Position numbers and translations under genes: made by a program. A stretch of 63,385 nucleotides of DNA, the filler included, from Octopus bimaculoides (Eukaryota), in the NCBI RefSeq assembly GCF_001194135.2. It is 5 parts of 5 records of this genome, joined end to end, with 100 filler letters (N's around TTAATTAATTAA, not from the genome) between each part and the next. Parts side by side here need not be neighbours in the genome. Positions count along the whole stretch, not along the records: positions 1 to 28,320 come from NC_069008.1; 4 more parts are not named here. One strand, 5' to 3'. The notes below the pieces were generated by a model that saw nothing but the letters and a program-made list of their open reading frames with translations, searched no databases and was not told the origin of the DNA. The number at the start of each line of letters is the position of its first letter. Position 1 is the first letter of the stretch. Below, one piece after another: positions 13,866 to 25,561 of the stretch.

Positions 13866-14042
13866 TTTATTGTAACAATTGCAGTATGAAAGATGTTTAT
13901 AAGTCATTTAAGAACACACAAAAAAACCATTAGATCCACTCCAACATTTAAATTTAATTTGCATCAAAATACTACATCGCTTTGAAACTGCAACCAGACA
14001 CAAGGATATTAAAAAGAAGTTTACGAAAGAAACCAACACAAA

Positions 14043-15122
14043 CTACACTTTTCTTTTCTCTCCTGTATGAATACGTTTATGTGTAGAAAGACTACTCGTG
14101 CTAGAGAATGATTTACCACAGGTATCACAATGATATGGCTTCTCTACTGTATGAGTCCGTATGTGTTTAGAAAGACTACTCATGCCAGAGAATGATTTAC
14201 CACAGATATCACAGTGATATGGTCTCTCTCCTGTATGAGTCGGCATATGTGTAGAAAGACTACTCCTGTCATAGAATGATTTACCACAAACATTACAATT
14301 ATGTGACTTCTCTCCTGTATGAATACGCTTGTGTTTAGGTAAAGCACTGCTATCAGAGAATGATTTACCACAGATATCACAATGATATGGCCTCTCTCCA
14401 GTATGAATACGTTTGTGTTTAGTTACGTCACTACCAACAGAGAATGATTTACCACAGATATCACAATGATATGGTCTCTCTCCTGTATGAGTCCGTTTGT
14501 GTGTAGAAAGATTACTCTTGTCAGAGAATGATTTACCACAAACATTACAATGATGTGGCTTCTCTCCTGTATGAATACGTACGTGTTTAGGTAAAGCACT
14601 GCTATCAGAGAATGATTTACCACAGACATCACAATGATATGGTCTCTCTCCTGTATGAGTCCGTTTGTGCGTAGAAAAACTACTACTGTCAGAAAATGAT
14701 TTACCACAAACATTACAATGATGTGGCTTCTCCCCAGTATGAGTACGTTTGTGTTTACGTAAATCACTACTATCAGAGAATGTTTTACCACAGATATTAC
14801 AATGATATGGCTTCTCTCCAGTATGAGTACGTATGTGTTTAGGTAAAGCTCTATTATCAGAGAATGATTTACCACAGATATCACAATGATATGGCTTCTC
14901 TCCTGTATGAATACGTTTGTGTGTAGTTAAGTCACTATTCTGAGAGAACAATTTGCCACAGACATCACAGTGCTTTTCTTTTGTATGAATATGTTTGTGT
15001 TCAATTAGGTTACTTTTTTGAGAGAAGGACTTTTTACAGACATCACACTTATATGAAAACTTTATCTCTTTAATCGTATCTTCACAGGGCATCAATTCTT
15101 CAAGCTTCTCACTCTTTTCCAT
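14043..15122 (-). CDS. C2H2 zinc-finger protein ZNF-B (359 aa, 12 fingers)
   Basis: Intact ORF; first ATG (MEKSEKLEE) at 15122. Acceptor TTATTTCAG ends at 15286. AATAAA at 13866-13871. Confidence 0.95.
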   Translation of the reverse strand: MEKSEKLEELMPCEDTIKEIKFSYKCDVCKKSFSQKSNLIEHKHIHTKEKHCDVCGKLFSQNSDLTTHKRIHTGEKPYHCDICGKSFSDNRALPKHIRTHTGEKPYHCNICGKTFSDSSDLRKHKRTHTGEKPHHCNVCGKSFSDSSSFSTHKRTHTGERPYHCDVCGKSFSDSSALPKHVRIHTGEKPHHCNVCGKSFSDKSNLSTHKRTHTGERPYHCDICGKSFSVGSDVTKHKRIHTGERPYHCDICGKSFSDSSALPKHKRIHTGEKSHNCNVCGKSFYDRSSLSTHMPTHTGERPYHCDICGKSFSGMSSLSKHIRTHTVEKPYHCDTCGKSFSSTSSLSTHKRIHTGEKRKV

Positions 15123-15784
15123 TATTTTTCTCCTCAAATCACAATGTATATATATATTGTTCTTGTTTTCCTTCTTATAGTTCACTCTTTACAAAGAATT
15201 TGTTTTGTACATCATTTTCTGTCAGTCTTAAAATATGATAAATATTGAGGATGTATCTTCAGTTATCCCAATGTCATAACATATTCTGAAATAATAAAGA
15301 AACATCAGTGTAAAATATGGACGCTACTTAAAAAAATACAGATTCAAAAGTGGAAAATTTACATTTGTACAGAAATAAATATTTACCTGAACAACTAAAC
15401 TTATAATTTGACATTATTGTTTAGCCCTAAGGTATCTCTCACTGAGCAGATATATGATTAAAAACATTCCATCCAGTCTTTTTCTCTAGCATTGTATATC
15501 TGGGACTACATCATCCAATAGTCTTCAATANNNNNNNNNNCTGTTATTTCCAGTAGGTCATGTGACCACATAGAAAGCTATAAAGAAAGCTATGTCTTTG
15601 ATTTGGGGTTCAGTCCCACAGTGCAACCAAAGTCGTCTGAGTGGATTTGGTAGGCGGAAACTGAGAGAAGACTGTCATGTGTGTGTGTTCTTGTTCTGAC
15701 ATACCAGGATAGATATACACAAGCATCAACACGTCGTTTGATTTCAATCTTCCATAGAAACAGGTCTGAACATTGGGAAATATT

Positions 15785-15973
15785 GTTTTCTACTCTAGGC
15801 ACACGGCCCAAAATTTTGGGTTGATTAGATTGACCCCAGTATGCAATTGGTACTTAATTTATTGACCCCGAAAGGGTGAAAGACAAAGTTGACCTTAGTG
15901 GAATTTGAACTCAGACCAAATACCACTAAGCATTTTGCCCAGTGTGCTAACGTTTCTGCCAGCTCGCCACCTT
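15785..15973 (-). mobile_element. tRNA-derived SINE with 16-bp TSD in the ZNF-B intron
   Basis: TSD AACATTGGGAAATATT at 15769-15784 and 15974-15989. Head GGTGGCGAGCTGGCAGAAACGTTAGCAC. The site is empty in the paralog at ~26265. Confidence 0.9.
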
Positions 15974-16233
15974 AACATTGGGAAATATTACCTTCCTTGA
16001 AAGCTAGTGAGGGTTGGTGACAGGAATGGCGTTTGTCCATAACAATTCTATCTCTATGAATTCTGTCTGACCCAGGCAAGTATGGAAAAGTACCATTTAA
16101 ATTGACAATGATGATGGCTTAATTATATTCAGTTTATGGAGTGGCTTTTCTTGTCACTGAGTTCTTTTGACAAATATCATCATTTAACTGTCCAACTTTC
16201 AATGCTTGCATTGGTCAGGCCCTCACCTATTCT

Positions 16234-17270
16234 ATCATCATCATCATTTAAAGTCCACTTTCTTTACTGGAATGGGTTGAATGGTTTGACTGAAAACTGG
16301 TAAGCCAAGGAGCTGCATTGGGTTCTGATCTGGTTTGGCAAGGATTCTATGGTTGGATGCCCTTCCTAATGCCAACTACTCTGAATGTAGTGGGTGTTTT
16401 TTATGTGCCATTGACTTGACCCTGGCATTGGTCATGACTAGTCTCACTTGACAGGTTTACACAAGCACAGTATATCGCCAAAGGTCTTGGTCACCTGTCA
16501 CTGCCACCATCAGGCCCAACACTAGAGTAGTGCTTTTTATGTGCCACTGGCACTGGCATCAGCCACGGCTACAATTTCACTCGGTTCAACAGGTCTTCAC
16601 AAGCACAGCATATCACCGAACGATTCAAGGGTGTTTTTAAAGGGCCAGTTACATGATACTGGCATCAGCCACAACTATGATCACACTTGGCTCGATTGGT
16701 CTTCTGAAGCTTGCCATATCTTCTAAAGTCTCAGTCACTTGTCATTGCTTTTATGAGGCTCAAAATTCAAAGATCATGCTTCACCACCTTGTCCCATATC
16801 TCCCTAGGTCTACCTCTTCCACATGTTCCCTTCACCGTGAGAGTGGGACACTTCTTCACATAGCTCTCCTCATTCATATGTATCACATGACCGTACCAGC
16901 GCAGTCGTCTCACTTGCACACCACATCTGATTCTTTTTATGTTCAACTTTACTCTCAGGATGCTTACACTCTGTCATGCATGCACACTGACATTACACAT
17001 CCAGCGGAGCATACTAGCTTCATTTGTTACAAACCTACGCATGTTCTCAGCAGTCAGAGTCCATGTTTCACTGCAATGTAGCATGGCTGTTCATACACAG
17101 GCTTCATAGAGTCTGCCTTTCAACTCTGAGTGAGAGGCTCTTCTTTGCCAGCAGAGGTTGGAGCTCTCTGAACTTTGCCCAGCCTGTTCTTATTCTAACA
17201 GCTACGCTCTCAGAGCATCAACCCCAACTACTGACTTGGTCACCTAGGTAACAGAAGCTATCAACTACTA
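16234..17270 (-). mobile_element. 5'-truncated RTE LINE (ORF2 C-terminus, 3' UTR, (GAT)n tail)
   Basis: Translates YLGDQV...GWAKFREL...RRLRWYGHV...GRGRPREIWDKVVKHDL; tail TTTAAATGATGATGATGAT. Confidence 0.9.
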
Positions 17271-18555
17271 TTTTTTCCCTCCTGTCATGTGGCAGAATCT
17301 ATTACATGCCAGGAGGAAAACTACAAAATTAAAATTCTCAAATACCAGGACATGTTTACACAAAAGACAGGGAAAGAATGACACTGTTTGAATAATAATG
17401 CACTCATTTACAATTGTAACATGATATAAATGTGAGGAGACACAAATGCAAATACACACACTCATGTATATAATGGGCTATTTTAAGCTTCCATTTACCA
17501 AATCCACTCACAAGATCTTCATCAGAAATGGAAAACACTTGCCCAAGTTGCCATACAGTGGGACGGAACCAAAAACCATGTTTGGGAAGCAAACTTCTTA
17601 GCCACTCAGCCATGTATATTTTAGTAACATTTAATTTTCCATCTATTTTTGTGAAATCAATCATTTAATATTCCTCTGAACATGTTTGGGCATGTGTATA
17701 TGAATTAGAATTCAATTCAAAGCAAATATGATGACAATCATATTTATATTCAATTGAATTGTAATTTATATACACATAAACCAATCATGGAAGGTGGAAT
17801 TTTGGAATGAAAGTCCCATACCTCAAGGGAAAGAAGAGAAAATGATAGCCTTTTCATTTTTTTTATCATGTTTATGTGTAATAATTTTGATCTAGCAGGA
17901 TCTGAAGAAATTCTACAGTGTACATCAGCATATTTGAAAACACTGTTAGTAAAGCATTCCAAAATATTCTTTTGAAATCCTGTCAGTTAATCAAAATTCT
18001 ACTATTCAATATAACTGAAATGCACTTAGAAGATATTGCTTATTCGTCTTCTCCTAATATGTTTGAGAAGTATGTTGTGTTTTATAGTTTAAGAATATAA
18101 AAGTTGAATTAAAAATGTAAATCTTATTTATAACTACACTTTTCACTGTCCAACCTTGACCAAGGCTCAGCCTGAGTTATTTACCAATTGAGATTATTTT
18201 CATTTCTCTTCAGTTATCTATTTATCTCTATATCAATATATCTCTCTACTTGCATATCTATTGATATATCTGTACACTCACCTACATATGTATTTTTCTG
18301 CTTTTATAATACCAATAAGGCTTTAAAGAAAAAAGAAGAAAATCCCAAAATATAAGACTGTCTCTGCCTCAGTATGGCCATAGCCTTTTTTCTAGAACAT
18401 GTAAAGGATAAAAGTGTATGATCCACAGATATTTGCTGAGGTTATTTCCTATTAATTTAACTATCAATTTAAGGACCTTTTAACTTATAGATTGTCATGA
18501 CATTGTTTTATTATGTTAAACATTTCAACTGTGCCTTTGAACACAAGAATGCATA

Positions 18556-18830
18556 ATATAGAACTTCTACCTTTCTCTCACTCTCTCTAATAATATAGAT
18601 ATTCTATCTCCCCCTTACTCTCTCTTAATATAGAACTTCTACCTTTCTCTCACTCTCTCTAATAATATAGATATTCTATCTCCCCCTTACTCTCTCTCTT
18701 AATATAGAACTTCTACCATCTTCATACTCTAATAGTATAGACATTCTATCTTCCCCTCACTCTCTCTAGTAATACAGACCTTCTACCCCGCTCACTCTCT
18801 CTTATAATATAGAACTTTTCCCTCTCACTG
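18556..18830. repeat. Minisatellite with alternating ~35-bp subunits (~70-bp higher-order unit)
   Basis: AATATAGAACTTCTACCTTTCTCTCACTCTCTCT alternates with AATATAGATATTCTATCTCCCCCTTACTCTCTCT for about 4 cycles. Confidence 0.85.
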
Positions 18831-19469
18831 TCAATCAGGTTTTGTTTTATTTCTTTCACTGATTTCACAATTTCTCTTAGTCTTTATCTCCACTTCTCCC
18901 CTCTCTCTATGAATATATTTCTACTTTTGAGTTATTGCCTTACTTGACATAAGTGTAACAAAGACAAAATTGACAGTAACAAGAATATTATAGATAATGT
19001 CTCGTTAAGATTTTTTTTTTTTTTGTTAATATTCTTGTGTTTCACATAATTGAAATTACAACTTTGAAAAATTATTTCCCAAAACTGCAATTATGTTCTT
19101 TTGCGTTTTAAACATTTTTACTCCCCTCACCCTCTTCCAGGCACTTTTCCTCTCCCGTGATGTAGGGACCTTCCAATCTTCAATGTTACACGTGACTAAT
19201 GCAATAAACATACCATGAGTTGTAAACATCAAAATTTATCCTTCTGGGGGAAATCAAAGAGAAGGGTAATATTAACAGTGCTGGAGTAATTTGAAATTAG
19301 GCTCTGGATTACCCTAGGGACAGTTTATAATCAATTTCAGATTACCGGGAAGTAATGATGCTAATATCTCTCAACATTTTCATATACTTTTAATTCCAGA
19401 AAGGAAATGGTAGAATAATCTTCAAAAGTAATTTAATTTTTCAACATAATTGTAATCTACATCATTAAA

Positions 19470-20180
19470 CCTTATGAGGAAACAAAGCCGGCATACCAAA
19501 TTTGATTCCTCAGAACTTCCAGAAAAATGGACCTTTTTAATTTCACTAAATTATCTACAAATTTCCGTCAATAGTGTAGATTCTGACTATATCTACAAAA
19601 ATGCCTTTCAGAGTGCGTAAATAACGATTATATTGGAATCTGAATTAAAGAGAAACTATGAGCAAGTATACATGTATACTGACACACCAATATTGTTGTA
19701 GATATGATGTATATCAGTGCAGGTACGAGCCAAGCGATGCCTTTTTTTGTTTCTTTTTCGCTTCAAATTCCGATGTAGTCGTAATGTACACACTCTGAAA
19801 TATATTTGTAGAAAACTTCATTAAAAAATAAACGTTGGGAGGAAACTAAGCAGACATGTGTGAATTTTCCGAAATTCTTCTCCCTAAGGAAAATATGTTT
19901 TCACAACAAATTCTGATATAATCGGAATCTACACCACATGACACATATTTGTAGAAAATTACATTTGCAGACAACGATTTTTCTGAAAGTTATGAGGAAA
20001 TACCTGTAAACGGAATGCCTCAAAATCGAAGCCTGTAAATTATCGGATATCTCCGCGCAAATGTATTCTTTTCACGACTCATTCCTACAAATTCATTATC
20101 TACATAATCTGAAACGTATTCTAGGAAAATTACACCCAAAGATATCCAATTTTTAGAAAGTTATGAGGGATCAATTTGCT
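19470..20180. repeat. Diverged tandem repeat / DNA-transposon-like subterminal array (GAAAGTTATGAGG family)
   Basis: Recurring ATTTGTAGAAAA, AATCGGAATCTAC and AAAGTTATGAGG. Paralogous block at 26460-27060; inverted copy at 20772-20857. Confidence 0.65.
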
Positions 20181-20389
20181 ATTGGAGTGTGCACACAGAA
20201 AGTTATACCAATAAAGAAAGTCAACAAATTATTATAATAATAATGATAAAAATAAAATATTGGTTTCTGAACATTTCGACCGTTGGAGTCTATTTTAAAA
20301 TATTTCTCAATCTAAAACAAACAACAAACTGACGGGAAAACGACTAGTATAGCAGGCAGCTTCCATAGCTAGAAACAGCTACCAAATCT

Positions 20390-20700
20390 CGCATTAATCA
20401 TAGACATCTCTCATGCATAAATGATGAGGGAGACGCAAAGAATCGACACATCACAAACTGTAAGTCGACAGAATTACAAGACTAAATATTTTCATTGTTT
20501 AATACTTACGGAAATATTTCGTGTAGTTTAAATGTGTTGGTGTGTTGAAAAACGAACCAAAAGTGTTTGCAGAAGTCAAGAGAAATTCACGCACCTAATA
20601 AACTTCTCTTCCAGTAGAGGTGAATACGGAAGTACAATTAATGCGCATGCGTGTCTATATTATAATTGTACGGGCGGTAACTCTTGTAAAAAAAAATGCC
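20390..20700 (-). promoter_or_regulatory. Copy 2 of the promoter/leader exon (assigned to ZNF-B)
   Basis: Minus-strand donor GTAAGT at 20504-20509, ETS-like CGGAAGT at 20627-20633 and NRF1-like TGCGCATGCG at 20642-20651. Confidence 0.6.
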
Positions 20701-20899
20701 TTTAATTTTCTGTGTAAAGCCATTGTTGCATAACTACAGATTTCTGTCCCTCTCCCCCGACTTTGGATAATCGTAACTTTCAGAAAAATGGATATTTGTT
20801 AATGAAATTTTCTACGAACATGTGTTATATCATATAAATTCTGATTATACAAAATTTTGGGTAAATCTATAGTTTCACACTAGATTCGATTTCGGTTGT

Positions 20900-21730
20900 A
20901 AACCCGCGGTTTTTTGGGTGCAATCGTCTTAGTTGACCTCGTAAGCTGTCGGAAATGCATTTTTACCGTGGAAAACGGAGGAGGTGGCGGTAGGGCGGAA
21001 CCACGGAAATTCCCATTTCCGACCCCGTCTCCTGCGCGTTTTTTTTTTACGTTGCAATCGTCTTAATTGACCTCATAATGTGTGGGAAATGCATTTTGAC
21101 TGTGGAAAACGAGGGGGGCGGGGCAGAACCTAGGGTGGTCCTGTATATCTTGTCTCCGGATTTGTGCTGGAATCAATCCTTTACAGGCGATCTGGGAGGG
21201 GTGTATATAATTTTGCTGCTTCAATAAAAAATTGGTGCATTTTTTGTTGTTGTTGTTTTCTGTAGCAGAGATAAATAAACACCTGGCCAGGTACTAGTGT
21301 ATAGTTTGAACGAATACCTGGCCTTGTCACCCACTCTTTTAAATCTCGCCAAAAACGTTCGATGTTTCGTGTGCGTAAGTGTGGAGCCAACAAAATTTTC
21401 TTTGTGGTTTATCATGTAATGTTGATAACCCAATATTTGTATATCTTTGTAAGCGGCCCAAGATTCACTTTAGATAACTGAGCCAGGTTTGATGTATTTC
21501 TGAATTAGTGGAAGCAATGTTGCTTTGTCACGCTTCTGAACAGTCAGAGGAACAACGAAATGACGTTTGCTAATCCGCTCAATTCCAGCGAACAACCAAA
21601 CATAAACATTTTAATTAGAATATACAATCCGTAAGTGGAATTAACTGTTTATATTTATGAGGTCCATTAAGACGATTGCAACGGAGAAAAAAACAAAACG
21701 CAGGAGACGGGGCTTTTCCGAGGTTCCGTC
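20900..21730 (-). mobile_element. Internally deleted Merlin (IS1595/ISXO2-like) transposon
   Basis: 21180-21435 encodes GYQHYMINHKENFV...NIERFWRDLKEW with frameshifts. A ~125-bp tandem repeat lies at 20915-21130, and its inverse at 21657-21725. Confidence 0.7.
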
Positions 21731-21864
21731 CCACAAAGATCATGCAATATGTCAACGAGCCTAGACAAGGTGATGCAGTGGACTGCAAGGAAAAGACTAA
21801 CATTTGTATGGACAGCAGGGCCACTGTTTATAATCAGTAAAAACACAGACGAACAAATACACGA

Positions 21865-21935
<71 letters not shown>

Positions 21936-22477
21936 ATTAACTCATTTATGTTTGTTGACCAAATCCATTGATAAAGCTACAGACGGGACTCTCAAATAAA
22001 CATCAACTACATTGAAAAGAAAGCAATATAAAAATTGAAATATAGACAAACAACGGCAGAGTTAAGATGTAAGCGCGTGCTAAAATGCCTCTTAATTCTT
22101 TTTATTTTTACAAAATGTTTTTTTGATTCTGTCTTCTGCATAATGAAATTAATACGATTATGCAAAAGAAAAAATTTCTTCATGTCCCCCAATTTCAAAA
22201 CTTTCCACTGTTTTACTATTTTTTTTTTAATTCATGGTTTTAAAACGTGGACAGTCTGAACCTCCCATTTGTTTCTCTTTATAATTTCCAAATAATTTTT
22301 TTAAGTACTTTAAAATCAAAATGGAAACAGTTTTAAATAATTGCGCATGTGCACAGTCCAAGAGAAAATCATCGACTAATAGAAAATTATGTCACTAAAA
22401 TAAATTATCTGTAACATAACTTTAAATCATTGAGGATAAATTTCCACTATGTGCTTTATAAATGTCTTATAGTTCTC

Positions 22478-23285
22478 TCAGGCATTTTCACATTTCATGT
22501 TATAGTAATATCTGTAGATGGCCTCATCCACATGCGACCAGCGCATATCTCCATTAGAACCACATATGTACTTGAGTCTCCGTTTGATTTGTGCCAATTA
22601 TGATTCCACATTGTTTGTACATACACCAGACATGGGATCTACAAAATAAGAGAAGTGGTTCACTGTTCCATGGGTGTATCCCAGTCTGGAGAGATTGTTA
22701 TAGCTGGGTCATATATCTGTTAAGATAGTGGAACCCGCTTCAACATTTTCAATAACGACTGCTTCCAGTGTCTCTGCTTTTCGGTCAGGAACAGGTTGCT
22801 GGTAACCCTCCTTTACAGTGTTATCATATATTTCAAGTATCCAAAACTTCTTCACAACTCTTCCAACTTCATTTTCCCTCTTAAAAAGAAGGCTTTTGTC
22901 TACTTGGGCTATAGGATTCTTATCTTTCAACAATTTTCAGGTACACATTTCCCTGCAAAATTCGGACCACTGGACAGCTGTCTGTCTGTTAATATTGTTG
23001 ATGCAGCTGGTCATTGGCATTTCACTTATAAAGCTCAGGATTATGTGGAAAAGTGTGAAGACCGTCAATTGACATTTTTCCGTAAAAGTATTCTTCCTCA
23101 CAGACATGGTCTTGCAATTGCGACAATGCCAAATAATGCTGTCTATCGCATGTTCAAATGATTGTAAGACCTTTTGTCGATGATAAACACAGTTTTCTTT
23201 CTGCTATGAGAGCGTTTTCCTTCAAAAACTGGAGAAAACAATCTCCTTGCAGTTTCTGAAATAATTCCACTCTCGGTGAAGCCAT
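22478..23285 (-). pseudogene. Merlin DDE transposase, near full length but disrupted
   Basis: MASPRV...FLKENALIAERKLC / IWHCRNCKTMSVRKNTF...AVQWSEFCREMC...QVDKS...VPDRKAETL...GSTILTDI*PSY...HGTVNH...TNNVES*LAQIKRRLK. At least one frameshift (~23155) and three stops. Confidence 0.85.
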
Positions 23286-23558
23286 ATCGAAGATAGTATT
23301 CAAAAGTATTAAAACAACAAAACTTGCCCACGGTGTGTACAATCCAGATTTCAATTTGATTGTGAACTTACCACTAGGAGTCACTCTTCCAATGACCTAG
23401 GGGGTCAAGGTATCTGTTTTGTTAGAAACAAAGAGAGAGTGCGTAATTGGGAATAAACTGTTTGTAATTTAGTAAAATGTTATGGTTTGTTTGAAGCATC
23501 ATATATGATATGTGTTTACAAGAGATAGAAGGCTAAACAATGCAAAATGGACTGTAAG

Positions 23559-24203
23559 ATCATCATCATCATCGTTGTTTAATGTCTGCTTCTATGCTGG
23601 CGAGCAAGAAGGCTGTACCAGGCTCCAATCTGATCTGGCAAAGTTTCTGCAGCTGGATGCCCTTCCGAAAGCCAACCACTCTGAGTGTAGTCAGTGCTTT
23701 TTACACGTCACTGACACGAGGGCCAGTCAGGTGGTTCTGGCATCAACCACGCTTGGATGGTGCTTTTTACATGCCACCGACACGGGAGCCAGTCAGGTGA
23801 CACTAGCAACGACCACGCTCGAACGGTGCTTTTTATGTGCCACTGGTATGGGAGCTAGTGAGGTGGTACTGGCATTGGCCACGACAATGACTTCACTTGA
23901 CTCAACAGGTCTTCTCAAGCACAGTTCATTGCCCAATGATTGAAGGGTACTCTTAAATGAGCCGGTTATGCTACAGTGGCATAGACCACAGTTAGTCTCA
24001 TTTGACTTGCCAGGTCTTCTCAAGCACAGCAGATCTCCAAAGGTCGCGGTCATTCGTCATCGCCTCCGTGAGGCCCAACGTTCGAAGGTCATGCTTCACC
24101 ACCTCATCCCAGGTCTTCCTGGGTCTATCTCTTCCATACGTTCCCTTTACTGCTAGGGCATGATACCTTTTCACACAGGTGTCCTCATCCATACACATGA
24201 TCA
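23559..24203 (-). mobile_element. 5'-truncated RTE LINE directly behind the ZNF-C stop codon
   Basis: VKGTYGRDRPRKTWDEVVKHDLRTLGLTEAMTNDRDLWR, then 3' UTR repeats and a (GAT)n tail at 23559-23573. Confidence 0.9.
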
Positions 24204-24223
24204 TACAAAAGAAACCACACAAA

Positions 24224-25561
24224 CTATTCTTTTCTTTTCTCTCCTGTATGAATACGTTTGTGTGTAGAAAGATTACTACTTTGGGAGAATGATTTACCAC
24301 AAATATCACAATGATATGGTTTCTCTCCTGTATGAATACGTTTGTGTTTAATTATGACACCACTGTGAGAGAATGACTTACCACATATATCACAGTGATA
24401 TGGTTTCTTTCCAGTATGAGTACGTTTATGAGAAGTCAAAGTACCACTGTGAGAGAATGATTTACCACAGATATCACAATGATATGGCTTCTCTCCTGTA
24501 TGAATACGTTTGTGAACAGTTAATGTACAACTTTGAATGAATGATTTACCACAGATGTCACAGTGATATGGTTCCTCTCCTGTATGAATACGTTTATGCG
24601 TAGAAAGTTTACTCATGTCAGAGTATGACTTACCACAAACATTACAATGATGTGGGCTCTCTCCTGTATGAATACGTTTGTGTACAATTAACTGAATATT
24701 TTGAGAGAATGATTTACCACAGATATCACAATTAAACGGTTTCTCTCCTGTATGGATACGTTTATGTCTAGTTAAGTCACTAATTCCTATAAATGATTTA
24801 CCACAGATGTCACAGTAATATGGTTTCTCTCCTGTATGAATGCGTTTATGTGCAGAAAGATTACTAATGTCAGAGAATGATTTACCACAAACATCACAAT
24901 GATGTGGCTTCTCTCCTGTATGAATACGTTTGTGTACAATTAAAGCACTACTACCAGAGAATGATTTACCACAGATATCACAATTAAATGGTTTCTCTCC
25001 TGTATGAATACGTTTGTGTCTAGGTAAAGCACTATTTTGAGAGACTGATTTGCCACAGATATCACAATATGCTTTCTCTCCTGTATGAAGTCGTTTGTGT
25101 ACAGTCAAAGCAGAACTGACAGTGAATGATTTACCACAGACTTCACAGTGATACGGTTTCTCTCCTGTATGGCAACGTTTGTGTGCTGATAAAGTACTAC
25201 TCTCACTGAATGATTTACCACAGATATCACAATGATATGGCTTCTCTCCTGTATGAATACGTCTGTGGGCAGTTAAGTAACCTTTTTGAGAGAATGATTT
25301 ACCACAGATATCACAATGATATGGCTTCTCTCCTGTATGAATACGTACGTGTGTAGTTAGGTCACTATTGCGAGAGAACAATTTACCACAAACATCACAG
25401 TGATATAGCTTTTCTCTTCTATGAGTATGTTTGTGTTTAGTTAGGTTACTCTTTTTATACAAGCATTTTTTATCGACATCACAGTCATATGAAGACTTTC
25501 TTATCTCTTCAGTTGTGTCTTCATGGGAAATCAATTCTTCAAGCTTCTCATTCTTTTCCAT
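24224..25561 (-). CDS. C2H2 zinc-finger protein ZNF-C (445 aa, 14 canonical + 1 degenerate N-terminal finger)
   Basis: Intact ORF; first ATG (MEKNEKLEE) at 25561. Acceptor TTATTTCAG ends at 25724. Finger 1 reads CDVD. N-terminus, C-terminus (TGEKRK) and upstream intron are shared with ZNF-B. Confidence 0.95.
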   Translation of the reverse strand: MEKNEKLEELISHEDTTEEIRKSSYDCDVDKKCLYKKSNLTKHKHTHRREKLYHCDVCGKLFSRNSDLTTHVRIHTGEKPYHCDICGKSFSQKGYLTAHRRIHTGEKPYHCDICGKSFSESSTLSAHKRCHTGEKPYHCEVCGKSFTVSSALTVHKRLHTGEKAYCDICGKSVSQNSALPRHKRIHTGEKPFNCDICGKSFSGSSALIVHKRIHTGEKPHHCDVCGKSFSDISNLSAHKRIHTGEKPYYCDICGKSFIGISDLTRHKRIHTGEKPFNCDICGKSFSQNIQLIVHKRIHTGESPHHCNVCGKSYSDMSKLSTHKRIHTGEEPYHCDICGKSFIQSCTLTVHKRIHTGEKPYHCDICGKSFSHSGTLTSHKRTHTGKKPYHCDICGKSFSHSGVIIKHKRIHTGEKPYHCDICGKSFSQSSNLSTHKRIHTGEKRKE

